From the NCBI GenBank assembly GCA_043821645.1, contig JBDRCO010000081.1, forward strand, positions 1-64,000: DNA of 64,000 nucleotides. The letters run 5' to 3'. A program made the position numbers and the translations under genes. The stretch is from Pseudomonadota bacterium. Lineage in GTDB: Bacteria; Myxococcota; JACRCW01; JAFGSX01. Shown in pieces: positions 9,864-18,761 of this stretch (positions within the stretch are counted from its first letter, which is position 1; every line of letters starts with the position of its first letter). The notes below the pieces were generated by a model that ran no database searches, had not been told where the DNA came from, and worked only from the letters and a program-made list of their open reading frames with translations.

Positions 9864-11552
9864 TCACGCCATGTCCAAAAAGCCGCAGGGGCATTCTTCT
9901 GCGCACTTCTTGCAGCCGTCGCAGGTGTCGAGGTTGACCTTGTAGTAGTGGCCGGGCTCGACCTCGGTGGCGTCGATCTTCTTGAAACACGAGGGCGTGC
10001 AGTACATCCAGCAGCGCTCGCAGTTGAAGCACTGGCCACAGCTGAAGCAGCGGTCCACCTCGGCCATGAACTGCTCGCTGGACAGCGTCATCATGATCTC
10101 GTCGTCGGGCTTGCTGAGCCATTCGTCGACGGGACGGTGGGTCTTCTCGACCGCGGCCTTGGGCTCGTAGAAATCCAGCTTGATGCGCTCGATGGGGATG
10201 GGCGGGCGCCGATCCACCGGCTTCTCGATGTGACGCAGCATGTGGTGCACGGCCAGGGCTGCCTGGCGCCCGTGGCCCACCGCCGTCGTCGCGATGCCGA
10301 GGTCCAGGGCGTCACCGCCGGTCCACAGCTTGTCCCGGCCCTCGACCTTCATGTCACCGTCGACCTTGAGCCAGCGCTCGGTGGGGCCCAGCTCGCTGAT
10401 GCCATCAAAGTCCGGCTCCTGCGAGATGGCGGCGATGAGGGTGTCGATGGGAATCTTGTAGTTGCTGCCCTCGATGGGCACGGGGCGGCGACGACCCGAG
10501 CTGTCGGGTTCGCCGAGCTCCATCTTCTGCACCTCGATGGCCTCGAGCTTGTCGCCGCTGCGGTGCACCGCGATGGGCGCGATGAGCAGCTCGAGCTTGA
10601 TGCCCTCTTTCAGGGCGTCCTCGACCTCGCTATCGATCGCGGGCATCTCGACGCGGGTGCGGCGGTACAGGATGGTGACGTCGGCGCCGGTGCGGCGTGC
10701 CATGCGCGCGGCGTCGATGGCGGTGTCACCGCCGCCGATGATCGCCACGCTCTTGCCCACGTCGACCTTCTCGCCGGCGTTGACGCGGTACAGGTAGCCG
10801 GTACCCGTCCACACCCCCGGGCCGTCCTCGCCGGGCACGCGCATGAGCTTGCCCTTGTCGGCGCCGATGCCGAGGAACAGGAACTGGTGCTTCTTCTTCA
10901 ATTCGTCGACGGAGATGTCGGTGCCGACGCGGCAGTTGAGCTTGAGCTCGACGCCCAGGTCGACGATGCGGTCGACTTCCTTTTGCAGCACGTCGGCGGG
11001 CAGGCGGTAGAAGGGGATGCCCCAGTAAAGCATGCCGCCAGCCTTGGGAGTCTTCTCGTACACGGTGACCGGGTAACCGCGGCGCGCCAGCTGATAGGCG
11101 AAGCTCAAACCGGCGGGGCCCGCGCCGATGACGCCGATGGACTCGGACTGCCGGGTCTCGTCGAGCTTCTTCAGCTTGAGACCCTGGTTCATGCCGAAAT
11201 CGCCGATGAAGCGCTCGATGGCATTGATGCCCACCGCGCTGTCCTTGTGCGTGCGGTTGCACTCCGACTCGCAGGGATGCGGACAGATGCGACCCATGGA
11301 CGACGGGAAGGGATTGGTCTCGACATACAGTTCCCAGGCCTTCTGCAGCGCCTGATCGTCGCTGAGTCCTGTCTTCTTGGCCTGGGACACGACCGTGATG
11401 AAGCCGCGCACGTCATTGCCGCTGGGGCACTTGCCCATGCAGGGTGCGAGCTTCTCGACCTGGTTGGGTCGCGCCGACGACACGCCGCCACCGGCGCCGC
11501 CACGACTCACGATCTTGAAAGGCTTCTTGTCGGTTTTTTTCAGCAGACCCAT
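9864..11552 (-). CDS. dsrL: DsrL Fe-S flavoprotein, probably the NADP(H)-type DsrL-2 class
   Basis: N-terminal CPHPCESECNR; GAGPAG; GGGDTAID..YRR; C-terminal CFSCGQCFNCERCWMYC and CDGCKKCAEECPCG; 562 aa; directly after dsrD. Confidence 0.92.
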   Translation of the reverse strand: MGLLKKTDKKPFKIVSRGGAGGGVSSARPNQVEKLAPCMGKCPSGNDVRGFITVVSQAKKTGLSDDQALQKAWELYVETNPFPSSMGRICPHPCESECNRTHKDSAVGINAIERFIGDFGMNQGLKLKKLDETRQSESIGVIGAGPAGLSFAYQLARRGYPVTVYEKTPKAGGMLYWGIPFYRLPADVLQKEVDRIVDLGVELKLNCRVGTDISVDELKKKHQFLFLGIGADKGKLMRVPGEDGPGVWTGTGYLYRVNAGEKVDVGKSVAIIGGGDTAIDAARMARRTGADVTILYRRTRVEMPAIDSEVEDALKEGIKLELLIAPIAVHRSGDKLEAIEVQKMELGEPDSSGRRRPVPIEGSNYKIPIDTLIAAISQEPDFDGISELGPTERWLKVDGDMKVEGRDKLWTGGDALDLGIATTAVGHGRQAALAVHHMLRHIEKPVDRRPPIPIERIKLDFYEPKAAVEKTHRPVDEWLSKPDDEIMMTLSSEQFMAEVDRCFSCGQCFNCERCWMYCTPSCFKKIDATEVEPGHYYKVNLDTCDGCKKCAEECPCGFLDMA

Positions 11553-11600
11553 GGTTGCCTCACCCTTTTTTCAGCCCCCCGTCGGGCGCACGGAGACAAT

Positions 11601-11669
11601 GCGGGGAGCCACGCCCCCGCGAAAGCGCGATCGTAAGGACCGTGATTTCGCGGGGCGTGGTCCGCCCGC
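11601..11669. repeat. Long imperfect inverted repeat between dsrD and dsrL
   Basis: ccacgcccccgcgaaa...tttcgcggggcgtgg, with outer gcggg/cccgc arms. Confidence 0.7.
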
Positions 11670-11674
11670 GACCC

Positions 11675-11914
11675 TCACGCCGGAGCGTCAGGGTTGAGCA
11701 CGATGAAGCTGCCACCCACGTACGAGTACGTGCACTTGCCGCTGTCGATGATCTCGCGAATGGCCAGCTTGCACAGGGGCTTGTCACAGCCCTCGCCAAA
11801 CTTCTCGATCATCGCCTTGGTCAGGTCGGTGGCCTTGAGGTTCTTCTTGCCGTGATTCTCCTTGACCAGAGCGTACATGGCGCTGGCCACGGTCTCGACA
11901 GAGACGTCTGACAT
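11675..11914 (-). CDS. dsrD: DsrD, divergent type
   Basis: 79 aa directly after dsrB; winged-helix-like pattern KLAIREIIDSGKCTYSYVGGSFI. Confidence 0.82.
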   Translation of the reverse strand: MSDVSVETVASAMYALVKENHGKKNLKATDLTKAMIEKFGEGCDKPLCKLAIREIIDSGKCTYSYVGGSFIVLNPDAPA

Positions 11915-11923
11915 GATCGCTCC

Positions 11924-13009
11924 TTAAGCGTGACGCAGCTGCGCCAAGCGCTTGAAGGTCTCACCCGCGTGGGTGAAGTCGTCGATGTGATACTTGGTGA
12001 ACTCGATGCCGGTCAGCTCGAAGAACTTGGGCCAGCCGATGCGCTCGATGAACTCGCCCATGCGCTCGAACTTGTGGGCATTGGCTGCATACACGTCGAC
12101 GATGTTGCGAACCGCCGCCACCACCTCGGGCCAGCGCGGTGGATTGTTGGGCAGGAAGGGGATGGCCAGCTTGGAGAACATGGGCTCCGAGCGGGCATTG
12201 CTCACCTTGCCGCCAACCCAGATCGACACGCCGTCGGTGACGGGGTCGTTGAGCGTCATCGCCGGGCACACGGTGTAGCAGTTCGCGCAGTACATGCACT
12301 GGTCCTCGACCACCTCGACCGACGGGTGTCCGTCGACGGTCTTGGTGCGGATCGCGCCTGTCGGGCAGGCCGCGATGGTGGTCGGGAGCTCGCACATCTT
12401 GCCGATGCCCTGGTGGTTGATCTTGGGCAGCTTGCGGTGCACGCCGAGCAGGGCGATGTCCGAGCAGTGCACGGCGCCGCACATGTTGAGGCAACACGCG
12501 AAGGCGATGCGCAGCTTGCCGGGCAGGCTCTTCTCGTTGAAGTACGGGAACAGATCGTCCATCACGGACTTGACCACGCCCGAGGCGTCCGACGCTGCGG
12601 AGTGGCAGTGCACCCAGCCCTGGGTGTGCACGATGTTGGTCAGGTGGGTGCCGGTGCCGCCCACCGGGTAGCCCTCCTTGGTCAGGGTATCGATCAACGG
12701 CTGGATGTTCTTCTCGTCGGTGACCAGGAACTCGACGTTGTTGCGGCTGGTCCAGCGCAGGTGACCTGCGCAGTACTTCTCGGCAATGTCCGCGAACAGG
12801 CGGATGGTCTTGGTGCTGGCCAGACGTGCCGTGGCCGCGCGAACGCTCCACAGCTTGTCGCCGCTCTCGCCCACGTGCAGCAGCACGCCGGCGCGCGGGT
12901 TCTCGTGGTACTTCCACTTGCCGTAGTTCTTCTTGATGATCTCGGGCAGAAATTGCTCGAAGTGCGGCGGGCCGATGTCGGTGACGCGCTTCGTGGGGGT
13001 CTCAACCAT
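11924..13009 (-). CDS. dsrB: Dissimilatory sulfite reductase beta subunit
   Basis: [45 protein letters not shown]. Confidence 0.98.
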   Translation of the reverse strand: MVETPTKRVTDIGPPHFEQFLPEIIKKNYGKWKYHENPRAGVLLHVGESGDKLWSVRAATARLASTKTIRLFADIAEKYCAGHLRWTSRNNVEFLVTDEKNIQPLIDTLTKEGYPVGGTGTHLTNIVHTQGWVHCHSAASDASGVVKSVMDDLFPYFNEKSLPGKLRIAFACCLNMCGAVHCSDIALLGVHRKLPKINHQGIGKMCELPTTIAACPTGAIRTKTVDGHPSVEVVEDQCMYCANCYTVCPAMTLNDPVTDGVSIWVGGKVSNARSEPMFSKLAIPFLPNNPPRWPEVVAAVRNIVDVYAANAHKFERMGEFIERIGWPKFFELTGIEFTKYHIDDFTHAGETFKRLAQLRHA

Positions 13010-13064
13010 GACGTTCTCCTTGTGCCTTCCGGGGTAAAACGGGGACTGGCGTCGAGCGCACGCT

Positions 13065-14258
13065 CTAGGCCTGGCCTTCCGCCTCCTCGCCCAGCTGGTA
13101 GAAGATGTAGGGGTTGGTTCGCGGATGGATGACCATCTCGGGCACCGGGCTGAGCCCGATCTGCTCGAGGAAGTTGCCCATGCCGATGCGCTGGATGAAC
13201 TCGCCCACGCGCTCGCGGCCCTTGCCGTGGTCGCTCCACAGATCCCAGATCGCCTCGGCCAGCTCCTTGATGGTGTCCGTGACCTCGGCCTCGGGGATGA
13301 AGGGCACCATCACCGACGACAGCAGCGCGCCGCCGATGATCGGAGCCTTGGCGCCGAGCAGCACGGTGGCGCCGCTCTCGGTGCCGGGGCGCAGCGCCTT
13401 GGGCATGCAGTTGATGCAGTGCATGCACTTGACGCAGTTCGAGTTGTCGATGGCGAGCTTCTTGCCGTCCCAGCTCATGCACTGGGTGGGGCAACGCTCG
13501 ACGACGTCGGTCTGGATGTCCAGGGTCTTGGCATAGTCGGTCACGGCCGCGTTGTCCTGGCGGATGGCGTCCTTCCAGGTGCCGATGATGGACATGTCCG
13601 CACGCGCCACCGAGGCCACGCAGTCGTTGGGGCAGCCGGCAAACTTGAACTTGAACTTGTACGGGAAGGCCGGCCTGTGCAGCTCGTCCTGATAGGCCTG
13701 CGTGATGTCGTAGCAGGCCTTCATGCTGTCGTAGCAGGCCCACTCGCAGCGCGACTTGCCCAGGCAGCACGACGGCGTGCGCATGTCCGAGCCCGAGCCG
13801 CCCAGGTCGAAGCCCATGGCGGTCAGCTTGGCGAAGATCGGCTCGAGGGCGTCGGTCTTGGCGCCGAGGAAGATCATGTCGCCGGTGGAGCCGTGCATGT
13901 TGGTGATACCGGAGCCGTGGGCCTCCCAGATGTCACACAGCTTGCGCAGCACATCGGCCGTGTAGTACCAGCCGGAGGGCTGGGCCACGCGGATGGTGTG
14001 GAAGTGCGCGACGTTGGGGAAATCCTCAGGCAGGTCGGTGTAGCGGCCGATCACGCCGCCGCCGTAGCCCATCACACCCACGATGCCACCGTGCTTCCAG
14101 TGGCCGATGCGCTCGTTGTACGAGCGCTCCAGCAGGCCCAGCAGGTCCTGCACCATGGGATTGTTGTCCATGGACTTTTTGAACTCGTTGACAAAGCTCG
14201 GCCAGGGGCCCTCCATGAGCTTGTCAAGCATCGGCGTTTTCCACTTCTGCTCTGCCAT
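13065..14258 (-). CDS. dsrA: Dissimilatory sulfite reductase alpha subunit
   Basis: [45 protein letters not shown] 14258 after AAGGAG. Confidence 0.98.
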   Translation of the reverse strand: MAEQKWKTPMLDKLMEGPWPSFVNEFKKSMDNNPMVQDLLGLLERSYNERIGHWKHGGIVGVMGYGGGVIGRYTDLPEDFPNVAHFHTIRVAQPSGWYYTADVLRKLCDIWEAHGSGITNMHGSTGDMIFLGAKTDALEPIFAKLTAMGFDLGGSGSDMRTPSCCLGKSRCEWACYDSMKACYDITQAYQDELHRPAFPYKFKFKFAGCPNDCVASVARADMSIIGTWKDAIRQDNAAVTDYAKTLDIQTDVVERCPTQCMSWDGKKLAIDNSNCVKCMHCINCMPKALRPGTESGATVLLGAKAPIIGGALLSSVMVPFIPEAEVTDTIKELAEAIWDLWSDHGKGRERVGEFIQRIGMGNFLEQIGLSPVPEMVIHPRTNPYIFYQLGEEAEGQA

Positions 14259-14401
14259 TGCCGCTCCTTTCCGTGGGCTGGTGTGGTCGGCGTCGGCCGG
14301 CCCTGCGATCATTGTAATAACCTTTTAACTACGGGAAGTTAAAGGTTTTGACTCGCTTCTTTGAGTCGTCGGGCGGCCATATGCGCAAGGATGCTGCTAC
14401 G

Positions 14402-14446
14402 TGTCAACTGACAGAAATTTGCCTGATTCCGATAAAATTTGTTGAT
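14402..14446 (-). promoter_or_regulatory. Putative dsrA promoter: -35 TTGACA plus upstream LysR-type T-N11-A box
   Basis: Minus strand reads ATCAACAAATTTTAT (14446-14432), 24 nt, TTGACA (14407-14402); no consensus -10. Confidence 0.65.
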
Positions 14447-14524
14447 AGGTCACAGCCCCAGGAAAACGCTCGCTTCCCGCCCCTGGGCCCCCCCTGGGAG
14501 GTTCCAAAAAGAATTCCAGAGCAC

Positions 14525-14572
14525 ATCAAAAATTTTTAGAACTTGTAGACGGACCAGATTGAAGTTGATTAT
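14525..14572 (+). promoter_or_regulatory. Two further T-N11-A boxes upstream of lysR (possible autoregulation)
   Basis: ATCAAAAATTTTTAG at 14525-14539 and ATTGAAGTTGATTAT at 14558-14572. Confidence 0.5.
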
Positions 14573-14657
14573 CGTCGCGCGAACCCCAAGCGCACTCAGT
14601 GTGACCGCGCCAGGGCCATTGCATGGGCACGCGGCGGTCACGGGAACGGAGGCCAAG

Positions 14658-15590
14658 ATGGAGCTGTATCACCTACGATGCCTGCAGGCCGTGGTCGAGG
14701 AAGGCGGCTTCAAGCGCGCCACCACCCGCCTGCACGTCACCCAGCCCGCCCTGTCCTACCAGATCAAGCAGCTCGAGCAGGAACTCGGTACCTCTTTGTT
14801 TGATCGTCGCCCCGGTGGCGTCAACCCCACCGAGGCCGGCCGCGTGCTCTACATGCACGCCCGCACCATAGGCGAGGCGGTGGCCAGGGCCCAGCGCGCG
14901 GTCGAGGAGCTGGCCGAGGGCGTGGTGGGCGAGATCCGCATCGGCACCGTCAACTCCATCGGCATCTACTTCTTGCCCCAGGTGCTGTGGGACATGCAGC
15001 AGACCTATCCCTCGGCGCGGCCGCGGGTGCACTACCGCGACAGTGACGAGATCATCGACAACCTGCTGCAGAACCGCATCGACCTGGCCATGGTGGCCAA
15101 CCCGCGACCGGACCGGCGGCTGCGCCAGGAGACCATCCTGGTCGAGCGCGTGTCCCTGGTGTGCGGGCGGTCGCATCCCTTCTATCATCGCAAGTCGGTG
15201 CGCCCCAGCGAGCTCAAGGGCATCCAGTTCGTGGCCCTGAGCAAGGAGAACCCGACCGGCCAGCTGGTGGTCAAGCACCTGCACCGCCTGGGCGTGCACG
15301 TCGAGCCCGTGGTGACGACGGAGAACGTGGAGACGGTCAAGAAGATGGCCGAGGTCGGGCTGGGCGTGGCTTTCCTGCCTGACATGGTGACCCAGCAGGA
15401 GACGGGTTGCGACGGCAAGCCCGGCCGCCTGGCGCGGGTGCAGGTCGGCCCCCCCCTGACGCGGCGCATTGCCCTGATCACCTGGAAGCACTTCGAGGCG
15501 GGCCGGGCCGTGCAGGCCTTCATCGAGCTGCTCAAGTCTTTCGCCACCAACTGGCGCCCGTGCATCGAGACCAGCACCGAACTGGAATGA
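14658..15590 (+). CDS. LysR-family transcriptional regulator
   Basis: HTH FKRATTRLHVTQPALSYQIKQLEQELGTSLFDR; C-terminal VGLGVAFLP; ATG 14658 after GGAGG. Confidence 0.95.
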   Translation: MELYHLRCLQAVVEEGGFKRATTRLHVTQPALSYQIKQLEQELGTSLFDRRPGGVNPTEAGRVLYMHARTIGEAVARAQRAVEELAEGVVGEIRIGTVNSIGIYFLPQVLWDMQQTYPSARPRVHYRDSDEIIDNLLQNRIDLAMVANPRPDRRLRQETILVERVSLVCGRSHPFYHRKSVRPSELKGIQFVALSKENPTGQLVVKHLHRLGVHVEPVVTTENVETVKKMAEVGLGVAFLPDMVTQQETGCDGKPGRLARVQVGPPLTRRIALITWKHFEAGRAVQAFIELLKSFATNWRPCIETSTELE

Positions 15591-15804
15591 AGAAGGGCAA
15601 AAAGCAGCCCCGGGGCTTCGACCACTACATGTAGTGGCTGCCCTGCGACCGCAGCCCCCCCCTCGACCCCGTGCGTTAACTGAACAAGACGTGATCGCTA
15701 GAATTTCTGGTATGGAGCTGTTTTTTTAACCGACCAGCTCGCCAGATCCCCATGATTTCGGACCTGTGTGATCGTTTCTGGAAAACCTGTGGGCCTGTCT
15801 AGAC

Positions 15805-15848
15805 ATAAAGAATTTTAATCGAACACGTCCAATAAATTAAATTTGACA
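15805..15848 (+). promoter_or_regulatory. Putative aprB promoter: T-N11-A box plus -35 TTGACA
   Basis: ATAAAGAATTTTAAT (15805-15819), 23 nt, TTGACA (15843-15848); no consensus -10. Confidence 0.65.
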
Positions 15849-16024
15849 TCATGCCCCCCATCTGGGCTTCTGGCGCCCACAGAAAAGGGGTGTGATCCCT
15901 CGTGCACGGGCAGCGGGACCATCACCTGGAGCCACTCAGAGGAAGCCGCTGCAGGGAAAAACCTTGCAGGACGAGATGATAGGAACACCTGGGCAGAGGC
16001 CCCGCGGGGCCGAGGAGGTAGCTG

Positions 16025-16480
16025 ATGCCAAGTTTTGTGAACCCGGAGAAATGTGATGGGTGCAAGGCACTCGACAAGACCGCCTGCCAGTATATCTGTC
16101 CGAACAACCTGATGGTCCTCAACAAGGACCTGATGAAGGCCTACAACCAGGAGCCCGACCAGTGCTGGGAGTGCCAGTGCTGCGTCAAGATCTGCCCCCA
16201 GCAGGCCATGGACGTGCGCGGTTACGCCGACTTCATGCCCCTGGGCGCCTCGGTGGTTCCGCTCCGCTCGTCGGACAACATCATGTGGACGGTCAAGTTC
16301 CGCAATGGCCAGGTCAAGCGCTTCAAGTTCCCCATCCGCACCACTCCAGAGGGCAAGGCTGATCCGGCTGGCGGCTTCGGCACAGACGGCGACCTCAACA
16401 GCACCGCGCTGTTCAGTGAGCCCGCCTCCCTGGGTACCAAAGAAGTTGCCGCCCCCGGCACCGCCATCTGGAAGAAGTGA
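16025..16480 (+). CDS. aprB: Adenylylsulfate reductase beta subunit
   Basis: MPSFVNPEKCDGCK..CQYICP..CWECQCCVKICP..KRFKFPIRTTPEG. Confidence 0.98.
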   Translation: MPSFVNPEKCDGCKALDKTACQYICPNNLMVLNKDLMKAYNQEPDQCWECQCCVKICPQQAMDVRGYADFMPLGASVVPLRSSDNIMWTVKFRNGQVKRFKFPIRTTPEGKADPAGGFGTDGDLNSTALFSEPASLGTKEVAAPGTAIWKK

Positions 16481-16494
16481 GGAGAAACAACACC

Positions 16495-18375
16495 ATGCAG
16501 AACTTCGAAACCGTTAAAGTCGATACCGATCTCCTGATCCTCGGCGGTGGCATGGCCGCGTGCGGCGCCGCAGTCGAGGCCTCCTACTGGGCCAAGCAGA
16601 ATGGCCTCAAGGTCACCGTCGTCGACAAGGCCGCCATGGACCGCTCCGGCGCCGTGGCCATGGGCCTGTCCGCCATCAACCAGTACGTCGGTCTCAAGGA
16701 TGGCGCGAACACCATCCAGGACTACTGCAACTACGTGCGCAACGACCTCATGGGCGTGACCCGCGAGGATCAGGTCGCCAACATCGCCCGCCACGTCGAC
16801 AGCACCGTGCACCTGTTCGAGAAGTGGGGCCTGCCGATCTGGAAAGACGACAAGGGCGCCTACGTGCATGAAGGCCGCTGGCAGCTGATGATCAACGGCG
16901 AGTCCTACAAGGTGATCGTCGCCGAGGCCGCCAAGAACGCTCTGACCGCGAACGGCCACGAGTACTTCGAGCGCGTGTTCATCACCCATCCGCTGATGGA
17001 CGGTGACCGCTGCGTGGGCGCGGTGGGCTTCTCCACCCGCGAGAACAAGTTCTACGTGTTCCGCGCCAAGGCCGTGCTGGCTGCCATGGGCGGCGCCGTC
17101 GGCGTGTTCCGTCCCCGTTCCGTCGGTGAGGGCTCCGGCCGCGCCTGGTACCCGCCGTTCAACTCGGGTGCCTCGGCTTACTTCACCCTCAAGGCCGGCG
17201 CCGAGATGACCTGCCAGGAAGTGCGCTTCATCCCCGTGCGCTTCAAGGACGCTTACGGCCCGGTCGGCGCGTGGTTCCTGCTGTTCAAGTCCCGCGCCAC
17301 CAACGGCCTGGGCGAGAACTACATGGAGACCCGCAAGGACGAGCTCAACAACTGGGGCAGCTACGGCAAGGTGAAGCCGGTCCCGGCCAACCTGCGCAAC
17401 TACCTCATGCTCCTCGACGTGATGGAAGGCAAGGGCCCCATCTACATGCGCACCGAGGAAGCCATTGCCAAGAACGCCGACGAGTACAAGGACGACAAGA
17501 AGGCGTACGGCAAGAAGATGAAGGAGCTCGAGAGCGAGGCGTGGGAAGACTTCCTGGACATGACCATCTCCCAGGCCATGCTGTGGGCTGCCACCAACAC
17601 CCAGCCCGAGGAGAAGGCCTCCGAGATCGCCGCCGCCGAGCCTTACTTCATCGGCAGCCACTCGGGCGCGTCGGGCGCCTGGGTGTCCGGTCCCAAGGAC
17701 CTGGCTCCGCCAGAGTACTTCTGGGGCTATGACAACATGACGACGATCAAGGGCCTGTTCGCCGCCGGCGACGCCTCGGGCGCCAGCAGCCACAAGTTCT
17801 CCTCGGGCTCGCACGCCGAGGGCCGCATCGCTGCCAAGGCTGCGGTGCGTTACATCGTCAACGAGAAGCCCGCCCTGACCAACGTCGACAGCAATGCCAC
17901 GGCCCTCAAGGACCTCGTCCTCAAGCCGCTCAAGCTGTTCGAGGAGAGCCAGAAGAAGTCGACCCAGGCCGACGTCAACCCGGGCTACATCCGCTCGAAC
18001 CAGTTCCGCATGCGCCTGCAGAAGCTGATGGACGAGTACGCCGGTGGCGTCACCGCCCAGTTCACCACCTCGGGCAAGCAGCTCGAGAAGGCCCTGGAAC
18101 TGCTCAAGGTGCTCAACGAGGACTCCGCGTCCCTGGGCGCCAAGGACCTGCACGAGCTCATGCGCTGCTGGGAGAACTACCACCGCATGTACCAGGCCGA
18201 GGCTCACGTGCGCACCATGCTGTTCCGCGAAGAGACCCGTTGGCCGGGCTACTACTTCCGCAGCGACAAGCCCAAGATGAGCAACGACTGGAACGTGTTC
18301 GTGAACTGCGCCATGGATCCCAAGACCGAAGAGTGGAAGATGAAGAAGGTGCCGATCAAGTACCTCTTCGCGTAG
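16495..18375 (+). CDS. aprA: Adenylylsulfate reductase alpha subunit
   Basis: RSGAVAMGLSAIN, WQLMINGESYK, RFKDAYGPVGAWFL, HKFSSGSHAEGR, REETRWPGYY. Confidence 0.98.
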   Translation: MQNFETVKVDTDLLILGGGMAACGAAVEASYWAKQNGLKVTVVDKAAMDRSGAVAMGLSAINQYVGLKDGANTIQDYCNYVRNDLMGVTREDQVANIARHVDSTVHLFEKWGLPIWKDDKGAYVHEGRWQLMINGESYKVIVAEAAKNALTANGHEYFERVFITHPLMDGDRCVGAVGFSTRENKFYVFRAKAVLAAMGGAVGVFRPRSVGEGSGRAWYPPFNSGASAYFTLKAGAEMTCQEVRFIPVRFKDAYGPVGAWFLLFKSRATNGLGENYMETRKDELNNWGSYGKVKPVPANLRNYLMLLDVMEGKGPIYMRTEEAIAKNADEYKDDKKAYGKKMKELESEAWEDFLDMTISQAMLWAATNTQPEEKASEIAAAEPYFIGSHSGASGAWVSGPKDLAPPEYFWGYDNMTTIKGLFAAGDASGASSHKFSSGSHAEGRIAAKAAVRYIVNEKPALTNVDSNATALKDLVLKPLKLFEESQKKSTQADVNPGYIRSNQFRMRLQKLMDEYAGGVTAQFTTSGKQLEKALELLKVLNEDSASLGAKDLHELMRCWENYHRMYQAEAHVRTMLFREETRWPGYYFRSDKPKMSNDWNVFVNCAMDPKTEEWKMKKVPIKYLFA

Positions 18376-18394
18376 CCGCTCTCGTCCCGTATTC

Positions 18395-18439
18395 GCTGGC
18401 CCCGGGGCGCCCCCGTGGGCGCCCCGGGGCAGCTTTTTT
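18395..18439 (+). terminator. Intrinsic terminator-like hairpin after aprA
   Basis: Perfect 14-bp stem gccccggggcgccc-ccgt-gggcgccccggggc followed by agctttttt. Confidence 0.7.
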
Positions 18440-18450
18440 CCCGGTGGCCC

Positions 18451-18720
18451 ATGTCCCTCGAAGGTGAAAATCTCAGTTGCCCACATTGCGGGGCAACGTT
18501 GCGTCGTCTTGCCATTCCCGACGGGACAAGCTGGACCGAGCCCTACCATCTGGTGTGTTTCAATGACGACTGCGAGTACTTCGTCCGCGGCTGGACGTGG
18601 ATGGAAGAGCAGTACGCGCAGCACAAATCTTATCGCTATCGGGTCATTCCGGGCAGCGGAGAAGCCACGCCGCTGCCCGTGTGGTCCAAAGATGCCATGA
18701 AGAATTCGATCATGGATTGA
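18451..18720 (+). CDS. Small Zn-ribbon protein
   Basis: CPHCG...VCFNDDCEYFVRGW..M..SYRYR; 89 aa between aprA and qmoA. Confidence 0.8.
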   Translation: MSLEGENLSCPHCGATLRRLAIPDGTSWTEPYHLVCFNDDCEYFVRGWTWMEEQYAQHKSYRYRVIPGSGEATPLPVWSKDAMKNSIMD

Positions 18721-18761
18721 ACGGACAATCGATCGCCCAACGTTTGAACGAGAGGATCTTC

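Noticed and set aside
7502-14258. Oxidative (reverse) Dsr pathway
   Set aside because: dsrD is present, dsrEFH are absent from the cluster and a full QmoABC is present, so the reductive reading is favoured; a tree is needed to be sure.
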